A stretch of 64,000 nucleotides of DNA from Marsupella aquatica (lineage: Eukaryota; Plantae; Marchantiophyta), in assembly GCA_973895155.1 (NCBI GenBank), contig OZ316897.1, positions 20,984,260-21,048,259 of the forward strand, written 5' to 3'. Under the pieces are notes generated by a model, which did no database searches, was not told where the DNA came from, and saw only the letters and a list, made by a program, of their open reading frames with translations. The position numbers were made by a program, and so were the translations under genes. Positions 1 to 12,770 of the stretch are shown here, in pieces. Position 1 is the first letter of the stretch; each line of letters starts with the position of its first letter.

Positions 1-2781
1 GTTTCAGTGTAGTCTCGGAGGATGCCAGATTCACCCACTTCACGGAATTTCTAGAGGATGGAAAAATAAACCCATCAAGGAGTAAAACGAGAGGGGGGTG
101 GAGACGAGTTAAAAGCCCGGAATCATTGGAAGGCACGACTATATGACAACCATAAGACTGACATTGCGGCTTTCTATGAACTAAAGCTGATCCAACCCCC
201 TGGTATACTCTCCCATTTTGCGACAAACACCCAGATGCATGGCGAGTAACATCCACAACCAACCGATCTACAGCTTTCCAAATGGGGAGATACAGCACTA
301 CCAGTAAGTGCTTTATCGAACATGCCACGAGTTCTCGTCATGCGTCCCGAGTTCAGTGAAGACAACTGACGGACAAAGAACCTAAAGCTGGCTCTCCATT
401 TTCGCTTTTAAATTCACGATTAGGGCAAAGATCTTCACCTCAGCAGCTACATGAAGCTATCACAACAACATATAAGGCCACCAACAGCTGCGAAACTGTT
501 GTCCGAGAGAATTAAAGACACTCCATGAATCCTTCTAACAGTTCCAATCGAGAAGCTTTTACAGTGCCCAAACGAAATCTAATCACATCAACAAAGGGGA
601 AAGGCTCACCGTTCAGTGAAATCTCGGATTCTAGGGTACTTTGTTCCCAGAACCCGTCTCTGCGTCCGCAGAGCTAAGCGGTAGGTTCGCTTCAGGCCGA
701 GCACGTAAGCAGTCACCAAAGTGAGCTCCCATAGCACCATAGCTCCGTTCCAATCCGCTTCTCGTCCTCGTCCTCCCCGATCCGACAGTTGCCTCGAAGA
801 GTGTGGTACACGCTACGGCAATGTTCCTACTCTGGCGATCTCTCTGTCGATCTTTGCCCTGTTTGCCTGCCTGCCGTCTCTCCTGTCCTCCCCACTTACA
901 TAATCATCGAGCACGATCAAGAGATTGGGAAAATCGTCTTGAGGTCTACTCTCGTCTACGTTTCTGTCCAGGCCTGAGCTCCGATCCTGTCACCCGAATT
1001 ATTGTCGACTAAAGTGGGACTTCGAACAAGTACCAGGCATTTTAGTTTTCCCCCAGGAGGGTTTTCGTTGGGTTCTCGTTTGCTGGGTTTGACTTCTTTC
1101 TTAGATGGGAGTCTGTCTGTCTGAATGGGCTCTTTGGTTTCATGGGTTTTTCAATTTTGGTATTTTTGTGATTTTTACTCTTTGTATTTTTGAGGCATTC
1201 AATTTACATGGCTAGAGTGGAATATGTGAAACACCATAAATGTAGTAAATGTAACACCTAAATTTATTTTCATCATACAAAACATAATAAGATATTGTAT
1301 CAAAGATCACAAAATTTGTTTTTATCTTCTTTCATATTTTTAGCCAATTGCATAGCAGCCACTTCTTGCATGGCCTTTTAATTTCAATTTTCTATTTCAG
1401 AGATTCACTTTGTCTTGTCTATTAATCACTCAAGTTTTTATGTATCATAATGTTCTAATTATGGGCATTTTGATAAATGTCTGAATACCCTCTAATCAGG
1501 ACCAGTACATTATCCTATTCGTAAAATGCCTTTGTGGTTTTTCCATTTGTAAATTTCAAGGCATTGGTGGAGAAGAATGCACACTCAAGATTTGGATCAG
1601 CTTGCCTTTAAGGTACTAAAGTCCTGTTACCATAGCATTATGGACAATAATAGTCTCTCAAGATTTGGAGCCTACTCTCATTTTGGGGGGCAACAAACAG
1701 GGTGTGCTTAAGGTATAAAGTGGAAATTGTAAGAGTTAAGTTAAAAAGGAGACATTTCTAAAATTTTATTTAACTCCTTATATGATGGGAAGTTATGAAG
1801 GAGACCTTTAAAACTACTAATGGCACCACTTCCAACTTTTTCCCAACTTGGCCGAGGGCACGGTAGATTTGCAGTGGTCCCAACCAATTTGACTCAATTG
1901 AAGGCACTTTGTAGCAGATTGAAGGTGATGAGATTAGAAGAATTGTTCCGAGTCCTTGGGCTCTGGCCCATTCCAGTTTGATTTAAGATTTTATATCTGC
2001 TAAACAAATTGTTACACAAAGAGGATCAATTTGCGCTCAGCCTGTGAATTGGACAAAGGCTTTGATAGGGAGTGTTTCTTCAATTACTGTCTCCCGTGAG
2101 AGAATGTGTGATCAGAATGACAATGCCTCCGGTGAGAGAATGTGTGATCCGAATGACAATTTCTCTGCTATAGCTGATAAATACTTCACACCTGAAGAGA
2201 GGAGGCAGAAAGAATGATGGAAGATAAACCCTCCATCTTTAGAGATAAGCAACATTCTTTGGAACATTTTTATCCCGGTGTAAAAAGGAAACACGCTGGC
2301 TGGCCACAAGAGCTCTTTTGGTCCTAAGAGTGTCACATCTACTATTTGGATGGTTTCCATTGTACTTGGTCCGGATTCACACTCCCACATTACTGGTCTG
2401 CTTGGGCAAGGTTTTGCCCTCCATTCATTCAACCCCACCCTCTCCTCTCTATTTCGTGAGTGCCCTCCTCTACCCCTCACCCCCTGATGCACACTGCTCT
2501 GGGTTGATGGGAAGTGTCAGATTCTTCAATGTGTGAATCTCTGAACCCTAGGATCTTCTGCAGTTAACCAAAGTTGTGCTACTTAACCCATAACAACCCC
2601 CCCCTCCCATAAAAAATTTAAAAATTTAAAAAATTTAAAAACTTTGATGGCATGGAACTGATAAATTTAAAGCAGGTGGCAAATCAAGTGATATTTGACA
2701 AAAACAAGTGTCAAATGAAGTGATATTTGACAAAAACAAGTGGCAATCTTGTAAAACCCACTTATTTGATTAAATTCATAT

Positions 2782-2838
2782 GGCGGGAGATGACTGTCTT
2801 GTCCCTGTACAAAATAGTCCACAGCAATTCTTCCCGCG
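2782..2838. promoter_or_regulatory. E2F-like sites upstream of POLD2
   Basis: GGCGGGAGA (2782-2790, i.e. TCTCCCGCC on -) and CTTCCCGC (2830-2837), each one mismatch from TTTCCCGC, ~600 bp upstream of a DNA replication gene. Confidence 0.35.
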
Positions 2839-3401
2839 CACATCTTCCCTCAGAAAAACGAAATGGCCGTCTGAGTCCTGATGATGTTGCATAACTTTCA
2901 CCTGACCAACCTCTGCGGCATCGAGCTTGTAGCTTCCCCACACTGGCATCCAATTGACGCGGAAGCATTTCCTCTCTTCTTTCGTGCAACAAATACTTCT
3001 CATCTCTGATCACTATTCGAAAACCTCTCTGGAACGATCATCACCAGGTAACGATTGGACGCCCACAAAAGTTCTGACTCGGAATGCGTGCCGTAGTGCT
3101 TTGATTGGACCGCTCGCCTTTTTAGTTTCATGTTTGCTTTCGCTCATTTTGCTGTACCTGTTTTCTGTCGTTCGTTTGCGGATTTCAAATTCAATTTATG
3201 CACTCTTTGGTTCTATCCGTCTTTCTGTCGCGATAGATCTTTGGAAGCTAGAAAATCTTTCTTGCTTTGGCTCCACTTCCCATGCGATCTGTAGTCTCTC
3301 TCTCTCCCTCTCCCTCGCTCTGTCTTTATGTTGTTAATAAAATTTTGAAGCATTGTCCTTCGTCTCTCGTAGACTTTGAAGTACACTCATAGATAGTTCA
3401 A

Positions 3402-6400
3402 ATGGAGGACATGGACATAGATGTGTCGGAGCTGCAGCAGATTCCCAGGTTGGAAGCGGAGTACATCTCGCAGGTACGCAGACTTATAACAGGTTCCGCT
3501 GGGAAGAGTTATTTTGTTAGAGCTCGTGCTCTGTCTTTTCGTTTCGATCAGTTTCATTTTCCTCCATTTGCAACTGAGAGCAATTTGAGATTGATCCTGA
3601 GATAATACAGAATGCGCATCCAGTGAGCAGTTCGGATGGCCTTGTTGATATTTTATTTGGTATCTGCAAGCATTTATATTCTCCAGTAGGTCCGGCATCT
3701 GAGCACAGTGGTGAGTAAAGTAGTCGAACTTAGTGAACTCGGTTTAGTGCTCACATAGCATTTGTCGTCGTCATTTTTTGTGTTCACCGTGAAGAAGGCT
3801 CGTTTGCAGGATGATAGGTTTGAGCTCAAGAGGCAGAGGTATCAAGGACAGCAGTACAGCCAGCTCTACGTCTTTCGCCTAAAACAAGCGAGACAATATC
3901 TGCTTCCTTTAGCTAAAATACGATGGCCCACGCTTCCAGGCACAGCCCGTTCCTCCATCATTAATGATAGAAGCTATTTCCGTCCTTTCATGTGGATTGT
4001 CTTCAGTAGACGGCGAAGATGTCGTTTGAACCCTTTCAGTAAAAACTTCTCCTCGCTTTTCTCCAAAAATTTAATATGGAAAAGTCATTTTTGAGGATTT
4101 AGTGAGAAGTGTCTCACATTTTATGTTGCTTTCTGGCAGTCTGCATGCCAATTAGATCTGAAAAGGCCTCGTATCTACTGATTTGTGGTTTTCGAATCTT
4201 CTCCAGTATACAATATTCTTGCGCTGGAGGAAGGAAAAGGATGTGTTGTGATTGGCACGTTGTACAAAGAGATGAGACTCAAGCCGAGCGTTCTCGATGA
4301 GTACTCCAAAGAGGTGTGGGTTTAGGGTTTATCAATCTCATGTTCCCCTTTAGCAGCATCTTGTTTATCTCGTTCTATTTGGCCTACTATTCAGCCACTG
4401 ATACTTGACTACATAAAATGTTTTTATGTCGTAAATTAAAATTGAATTACATGCAACTGATTTGTTTGAAGTTGGTTCCACTGCGCAGCGAACGGTTGTT
4501 CCTCTTGTAACTCCTAATAGCTTCACTGATCCCAAAGACTATCTCGTTATAGAAGATGAAGGCGGAAGGTCTATTCTGATTGGTGAAGGGTTCTCGCCTG
4601 CCTTTTATGTAACAGGTGAGTAGGTTATCGTCTGCATTGTATTCTTGACGACATGATATGCCAACGAGACGGTGTCTTTTATAGTAGAGACGGGAGTTTC
4701 TTATTAGCAGACTTCAGATTTTGTGGTTTCGAAATGTGGGATTTAAGTTGAGTCGTGCTCTCCTTGCTGTTTCTATTTTCTCAGGGGTTGTGGTGGCAGT
4801 TTGTGGTTATGTTCGTAAGGACGGGGAGTTCCACGTTAGCGAGATTCTTGAGCCTGGACTGGCACCTCAACCCCCTCTTCCAATTTCTGATGCACAGGGT
4901 AAGATGGCTGATGCTCCTTCTGAAGGGTTGGTACCCTATGCGTTTGAGTGAGCCTGAGAATAGAAACCTCGCAATCTGCAGTAGTTATTTCCAGGGGTGA
5001 TGAAGGACCTAAGAAGTGAGGGTTTGTTCCAACTATCAATGAGGTGTGTACTTTCAATATAGCTAATGTATGACGCGGATGTGGACCTTCTAGCAAACAG
5101 GGGAGAGCAAATACGTTGCACTTGTTTCCGGATTGAGAGTGGGAGGGAGTGACACCAATCCTCTCCAAGTCCAACTCCTCGTGGATCATCTTACAGGGCA
5201 TCTTGGTGGTGGGGAGGTAATTCATTCAAGCCACTTGTTATCATCCTTTCGTTGATTGCGCTATCCCTTGTCCTCCTATGTCTCTGATCTGGTGAAGGAT
5301 AACGTTCAACAGTCTTTGGTGAACTAGTCGGAGGCTTGCCGTGTTCTGTGAGTAAGAATCTTCGAGTCAGGCTTATAGCACAGTTGCCTAAAATTAATAA
5401 TAGAAATGAAAGGATAGCTTTCGTTGGGCTTAAGTGCTAGTCAGATGAAAACCTAGGTGTTCAGAAACTTCCGTAATGTGAACTGGAAGAGACGAATGAA
5501 GCTTCTCTATGTTTTGACTTATTTTCTTTTTTCATGTGGCTTTGACATATCTGTTTCTGTAACAGGAGCAAAGGTTGAGTGCACAAGTAGTCCGCTGCAT
5601 AATTGCTGGAGATTCCATCCAATTGCAAACTAGCCACCTAGCTGGCCAGGTGGTCACTCCTAAACTGCTGTCACGGTGTCCATGTTATGTTAATTCACAA
5701 AGTACTGTATATGTGTAACATTCTAGCGGTGTTCTAAATAATAACACAATTGACCTGGATTTATACGGGTGTATTGTTTGCAGCCACTTTCTTCCAAGGA
5801 TCAGCGCAAACTTAGTGAGCCAATGAGAGAGTTGGATATTGTCTTGACACAGGTAATAGTTCGTCAAAAATCAACGACGCGCATGTCATGTCAGAGGTCG
5901 GGGGCTCATCATGATCAAGTTATCATTTGGCCTGATAATTATACAGTGCGATAAATACAGATGTGCTGCTGCCCGTGTGATGTCTGCATGTGTTTTGGAA
6001 GACTATTTTCTGATGACGTAATTATAATGGAAAAAATTCACTCATCGATCTTCGACTCGGACATCCTCACTTTCTCTGACTTTATGCTTACAGCTAGCTG
6101 CAGCGATGCCGGTGGACATCATGCCTGGGGCCAATGATCCTGCCAACTACTCCTTACCCCAGCAGGTAATCAGAAGCTTTCAACCAGTTTTGTGCCACAA
6201 TCCAAACGTGGTCTACTTGCGATACATATTTTGGTCTGAAGGGCTTACCAGACAAGAAGCTTTGTTTCGTAAACCATATATCTGTGGAACTTGAATAAGT
6301 TGCCGATGGATTAAAATGAAAACTGTGTTGTTGCAGCCTCTGCACAAATGCCTCTTCCCTGGGGCTACAACATACTCAACCTTTGTCACCGCAACAAATC

Positions 6401-8066
6401 CACATCAATTTGAGCTTGATGGTGTAATGTGATTTTCTAACTACTCTACAGCTTCCCAATTGTAGAACTGCCTGGTTTAGGTAGTAAGTGACGTCCATAA
6501 TGCTATCACCTGCCGAAGGTAGCCCACATTCGTTGCACATATGTTACTTGCATTGTCCCTTAATTGGAGTTTTTACCTTTGACACCTCAATTCTGATATT
6601 TTGTCTGGATTATTCCCAGCACATTCTGCAGCTTTTAGTACTTGAAATTAGTGAACCTTTTTGGGTCCTGAATCGTTGAGGCTCTTCGAATTCCCAGATG
6701 TACAAGCAACTGAAAATGTCATGGCAAAGGCTTCCTGGACTAAGTGCTCTGACATTTGTTTTAAGTTTATTTACTTTGCAGTTACCACATCAGTAAGAGC
6801 AATGTGGACTGGTGCCATGTTCTATGCAGGTTCCTAGGCACATCTGGACAAAATATTGATGACCTTGGCAAGTATTCAGAAGCTGAGGAAAGACTGGATT
6901 ACTTGGAGCGGACCCTAAATTGGCGGCACATTGCACCAACAGCACCAGATACTCTAGGTACAATCATACGCAAAAACTGAAGCTGATGGAATGGTGTCTT
7001 TACCTCAATTTCGTCTTCTTATTGGTCTGTCCCATTACATGCAGTTGTTTAGCAATTCAGTTCAACTTTCGAAAATTATTTCTATGCAGCTGAACAGTTT
7101 CCTGGAAGTACTTAAGAAGAATATAACAAAGATTGAATCACTTTCCTATTTGCGTTGCGTAGGATGCTATCCATTTCCTGATCGGGATCCTTTTATGGTC
7201 GAGCCAAGTTCTCCACACGTTTATTTCTGTGGCAATCAAGACAAGTTTAGCACAAGGGTCTTGACAGGTACAGTCTTCATGTGAACAAGTAACAAAGCAC
7301 ATTGCAAGGCTCTTGACGAACCTTTACATGAAATGTATTCAGTGCAGTAGTACTGACAGAGACACTGAGTGTCTTCATGATCATATTGCGTAGTTTTGTT
7401 CATCTTGAGTTCTTATACTTGCTTCCTATTCTTTGCCGAGTTGTTTTGGTCAGAGAGACTCTCCTGTGTGGCCGCTAGAGACTCGCAGTAAATCTACTGG
7501 AAGGGAGGATTGATGCTGTTGTTTTACATTGCAGGTCCAAAGGGCCAAAGTGTTCGTCTAATCTGCTTACCCCGTTTTTCTGAGACTGGAATCGCCGTTC
7601 TTGTAAGACTTTCTCGCTTTGTACTATCCGATCTTTTCGAAAATGTTAGTCTCACAATTACATCAGCCTCCCTTTGTTCCAGCCAGGGTCTGGTAAACTC
7701 AGTCAATACCAATCATTGTATCTCAAACTAGTTCTTTAATGAATAAGTTTTAATAAGACTAATTTAGCAACAGATGTATGGTCTTGATGAACTATCCTCG
7801 CTAGATATTTGTCGCCCATCATATGCTTCCTGCCGTTTGAGAACGCCTGTCTGATGACCAATGAGACGGCTCTTACAGTCTTGGGTCTTGCTCTAAGGTT
7901 CGTGGTTACAATGATGAGTGTATGAACAGCAAAGAAGCAAGGAACGTATTTTATGCAAGTTAATTGTCTTACTACTGTGAGTGCGACTTGTGTTTGAGTG
8001 CAGGTAAATTTGAAGACCCTCAAGTGTCAATGTTTGACACTTTCCACCTCGTTGCTCGTACCTTAG
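3402..8066 (+). CDS. POLD2: DNA polymerase delta small subunit (POLD2/Pol31), multi-exon
   Basis: Exons joined by eye give MEDMDIDV.../[52 protein letters not shown]...[44 protein letters not shown]...[23 protein letters not shown]...[22 protein letters not shown]. Last exon 8004-8066 reads VNLKTLKC...*. These are hallmark POLD2 motifs. Confidence 0.96.
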
Positions 8067-9104
8067 CATATCACGTAGCAGATCAGAATACTCGTTTCTT
8101 CGAACGTATACACTCGAGCACGGGGCGTTTTAGGGGCCTGTCAATTCAAAGCACAATCGTATGCTGGCGACCTACAGTAGACGTTTCCTTGGGTTTGAAA
8201 GCTGCCGAGGGCCATCTAGATTAGATATCTGGTGTCCACCTCCACAAAAGTGTCTGACGCTCCATCCAAAATGCCCTTTCTGGCTAGGCTTGTCTGACGA
8301 AGGGCTTCCGGATATTGAGCCATATCGTATTCAATATACAAGGCCAACCTGAAGATATGGCGCTCGGTATGTAGCTAGCTAAGCTGGCCGAATGCTGTAT
8401 TTGTGGAGTAATTAAGAACACCCCGCTGCCTGGGGGACGCTAGGTCAGCCTCTCACAGGTGACTCCGTTGCTACGTTCCTGCCTTTTGATGCTGTTGCAT
8501 CCTTGCCTCATACATTGAGGACTGCTTCGAGCATTTGTTTCAATTAACCATCCAGTCAGTCGCAACTGTGGTCATCGTTTTGTCTCCTACATGAGTCGTC
8601 AATTACCAACTCTCCACGACCGACTTTGAAGTCTCACGAAGTTCACACCACCTTTGACTCCAAGTTGTGGTACTCCTTTGGACTCCAGATCTAACTTAGA
8701 ACCAGCTTCGAATTCGGAAGTCCCATGACCGCCAATTTCAGGCCGCAGTCAAGTCACGACATGCTCATGGCGATCGGTAGCAATGATAGTGTTCTCACAC
8801 CTCAGTGAATTCTCCTCTGTTCCCAGATTTTCGTGAGAATCCAGTTCAAAAGTAGGAGTTGCCACGTTAGTGAGGTGGGTCTATTCAAACTGGGGAGTTG
8901 CCACGTTAGTCAGTTAGCTCTACGTTGTACATCATTCTCGAAAATTAGTTCCCGCCCGTTACTGGTATTGTCGTCTTGACTTCCCTGCCTGTTTTCATGA
9001 TGGGGTGGGTAGCAGAGGTGTGTCCCCTGCTTTTGCCCCCTTTTCACATGGAAATCCTTTCGAGGTGAGGCTGGTGGTGTTACTCTAGACAAAGTCCACT
9101 TTGT

Positions 9105-9230
9105 GACCCTTCTATGTGTTTTGCTCCCAAAGCTTTAACTAGGCTTGTTTACTCTTGAGCTTTTGTAGACCCTTCTATGGGTTTTGCTCCCAAAGCTTTA
9201 ACGAGGCTTGTTTACTCCTGAGCTTTTGTA
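9105..9230. repeat. 63-bp tandem duplication (2 near-identical copies)
   Basis: GACCCTTCTATG(T/G)GTTTTGCTCCCAAAGCTTTAAC...GAGCTTTTGTAG starts at 9105 and again at 9168. Confidence 0.85.
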
Positions 9231-9589
9231 GGCTGTGCACTCTAGTGCCGAGTAGGGCTTTAGTTCCTTTGAAGTTGTGTGGCTGTTGGTTTTGGGTGTT
9301 CTACATAAATTTCTCTTCAAGATCCTTCTATGCGGTTTATTCCTGAGCTTTACTAGGCCTTCAGTTTACTGCTGATTAGGGCTATAGTTCCTTTGCCTAT
9401 GTGTGAGACTCTTGGGTTTTGTAGCTCTTTGGTCGTGCTGGGTTTTCCCATTGTCTTTGCCCCTTTATTGATCTCCTGCCTGTGGGATCTTGTTTTTTGG
9501 GTGTGACATTTGTTGTTCTTTGGCAGGGTGATATATATATTTCTGGTTGAAGATATAGTTTGAATCTTTCGTTTAGTCATAGTGGACTA

Positions 9590-10500
9590 AAACCATGTAA
9601 CAACCTTGTAATGAAAGCAAAAGAGAAAGCATGCCTGACTATCCTCCATTGTACTTAGACAAGATTCAAGTGTTTGCAAATACTCTTCTCTGCTCTCCTC
9701 ACAAATCGTAGTAACTCAAGAAGAAAGCCCTCTTATAGTTAGTTCCATATCTGCAATGTGCTATTTGATGGTTCTTGATGAATTTGCCAATTGATTGTGG
9801 TTTCCTGAGTCCAAAAACATTCAAAGTTGGCTCCACTGCCTTCTTATGAGTGAGTCAGTGGGCAGTTTCCCCAAGGACATCTAGTACCACACACTCAGCA
9901 AGGATGGGAACAAATGCAATATGTAAAAGTAAGAACTAGAATTGATGGGAGTGTGAATTTCTTACAACACTTGATTCTTTGGGTACAAAATGTCAATGCT
10001 AAGGAGAGAAGGGATGGGCTCACTTTTTACGCTCCCCACAATTGTACCTATAGGAGTTGGAACAACTTTGTTCTGGAAACTACAACTGTCGACCAAAGAT
10101 GCATCTCATGCAATCCCAACCCTATAGGCGACCTTTGGTGCAATGTGATCTACAGTAGTTGCCTCAAATCAATGGGCACTACCTCCTATCTGTGTCTCTA
10201 AGTGTAAGGATTGCATCACAGATTGCTCTAAACGGGGTCTAAACGGTTGTTTAGCAGATGATGTTATTGCATGACTTTGGAATGATTTTGTTCTAATTGA
10301 TAACTGGCCACATTCATTCCACAGGAGTATGAGTGTGAGGACCGCATTACAAATTTGGAAACTTGCTGGAACAGCCTTGGAAATTGGGGGAAAGCAACCT
10401 TAGATTCCTTCTTCCCTACCAGTTTTGAATACAAAAAATCAAAACCTATAATATACCCACCTACCAGTATGCGTGAGTGGAACGATACACTCAACAAATT
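9590..10500 (-). mobile_element. Degenerate LINE (L1-like) ORF2 C-terminal remnant
   Basis: Minus strand near 9600-9670 gives a broken C..C...ED..HAF..C (zf-RVT-like) motif. Many stops; boundaries approximate. Confidence 0.35.
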
Positions 10501-11184
10501 GCAAATTGAAACATATGCTACACCCTAACCTGGGCACAAACTCAGGTTAAGATAACCACATACAATATGATGGCCGAATGCTACAAATATCAAAATCAAT
10601 GGCAAAGTTTTAATTATGTGCATCTTTGGTGGAGTCTAGTAAAACCTTAATAAAAGAGGGAATACAATGTCCACAGAAAATGGTAAGCTGGCCCAAAATT
10701 TTATCAACCTTATCACTAGTGAGATGAAAGTACTCAAACAATGAATCAAACTTAAGTTTATGGAGCAAGTGACAAGGGGTTCTGCAGCTGAGGCCAGAGT
10801 TGTTCACTCCACGTAATGATGATACACATCGATAACTTTACTCCATCTTCTGTCATTTACTTTTTTCCTTCCTGGGTTGTGCTTCAGTTTTAACACAATG
10901 ATATACATTTAGGGCTTTACTCAATCTTCTGTCATTTATTTATCAGTGTCTCATTTCAGCAGGACCGCCACATTGTGTGTGACTTAGCAAAAGGTCATTA
11001 TATAGGCTATAACTAACGACTTAGAAGAAATTGTGCAAAACCATTAGGGTCTCTTAAATCCAACTTTGCACATTTTAAGAATGGAGAGGGTTTTCCAACT
11101 GATTATTTGAATATTCCAAAAAGAAAGGGGAAATATTATTACTTTTTTGCTTAAGTTTTAGGCTGTTCGAGACTATATTTTTGA

Positions 11185-11618
11185 AACTGCTATAATGGTG
11201 AATCCACCTTTCAGATTTTGTCTTATTCAAAGTTTTGGTGTCATATATTTTTATTTCAATGTGCCTTATCAAGGGGCAGCCTGTGTATAATATAAATTTT
11301 TATTTAATTTATGGACCCCTTTAATTTTAAGATTCTAGACTATTTTGAGCTTATTTTGGCAGCCCCCTTATAAATTTTGATGTTTGTGATTTATCAGAGA
11401 TGAAGAAATGGCTCCACCACTTGAACAAAGTATTTTCATGAGTGAGAGAAATGATTGTGTCTTAAGTTCCCCTTATGTTTTTCTTTTCTAAGTTTATGGT
11501 TTTTATTGAAATGGGTGTCATTCATGAGGACATTGAATTAAGTGCAGACATCGTAGCATCCTTGATTGTACTTTTCATTGGTCACTGTGCACCAATCCTT
11601 CTAGTTATGTTCTCATGA
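11185..11618 (+). repeat. Dispersed AT-rich repeat, copy 1 (inverted copy at ~56697-57130); probable non-autonomous TE fragment
   Basis: Colinear shared blocks such as CACCTTTCAGATTTTGTCTTATTCA, TTTTGGCAGCCCCCTTATAAA, ATGGGTGTCATTCATGAG and CATTGGTCACTGTGCAC match the reverse complement of 56697-57130. Confidence 0.85.
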
Positions 11619-11621
11619 GCT

Positions 11622-12770
11622 CAATACCCGTGTGTTGCACAAAAGAAGTCATGTCGGCCAAGATGTCGTGGAGAAAAAAAAGATGTCGTGTAAGCCAAGA
11701 GGTCGTGGAGAGAAAAAATGTCGTGTCGGCCAAGAGGTGGTTGAGAGAAAAAAAAGTCGTTGAGTAAAAAAGATGTCATGTTGGCCAAGAGTTCATTGAA
11801 AAAAAAGTTGTCATGTCGGCCAAGATGTCGTTGAAAAAAAGATATCATGTCGGCAAAGACATCATTGAGAGAAAATATGTCGTGTCGGCCAAGACATCGT
11901 TGAGGGAAATTACCCATGCATTGCACAAAAGATGTCGTTAAGAAAAAAAATGTTGTGTCGCCCAAAATATCATTAAAATAAGGATCTCATGGCGCCCAAG
12001 ATATTGTTAAGAAAACAGATGTTGTGGCGCCCAAGATGTAGTATCCCCCAAGATGTCACTAAGAGGAAAGTATTGTGGCGCCCAAAATGCTCTTAAGAGA
12101 ATTATATGTTGTGTTTCCCAAGAATGATGTTCTTATGTGAAAAATGTCATGAAGTAAAAAGATGTTGTTAAGAAAAAGAAATCATTTTGCCAAAGATGGC
12201 ATGTTGCCCAAATTAAAGGTCATCAAGTAAAAAATGGTGTCAAATAAGCAGATGTCATGTCGCCAACAATGTCGTTATGCCAAAGATGTCGTTAAGTATT
12301 AAGATGTTGTTAAGTATAAAATGGTCAATAGATAAAGTATGTCATTACTAAACGATGTTATGAAGTAAAAGATGTTGTTAAGTACATATCGGGCCTGATA
12401 CCTGTGCATTGCACAAATGATGCATGTTGAGGTGAGAAAATATATCAAGGTGAGAAAAGATGTCGATAAGAGAAAAATATGTCATATAGTGAAAAAACAT
12501 TCGGAGGTGAGAAAAATAAGTCAAGGAGAGAAAAGATGGTGAGATGAGAAAAAGATATCAATATGAGGAAAAATGTTGAGGGTGACGAAAGATGTTGTGG
12601 TGAGATAAAGTTGACCAGGTGAGAAAAATATGGCGAAATGAGACAAATATAATATATATGTTGAGGTGAGAAAAGATCTCAAGGGTGAGTAAAATATGTC
12701 AAGATGAGCAAAGATCTTGAGGTGAGAAGATCTTAATATGAAGAAACTATGTCAAGATGAGAAAATATTT
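11622..12770. repeat. Compound degenerate minisatellite (~37-bp units, then ~20-bp units)
   Basis: Repeated AAAAGATGTCGTGTCGGCCAAGAYGTCGT (11640-12120), AAAGATGTTGTTAAG (12150-12385) and GAGGTGAGAAAARATRT (12428-12765). Confidence 0.8.

Noticed and set aside
1-1000. 5' end of a minus-strand gene (donor-like ACG|GTGAGC near 609)
   Set aside because: Plausible UTR exon, but no coding sequence lies within the window to support a call.
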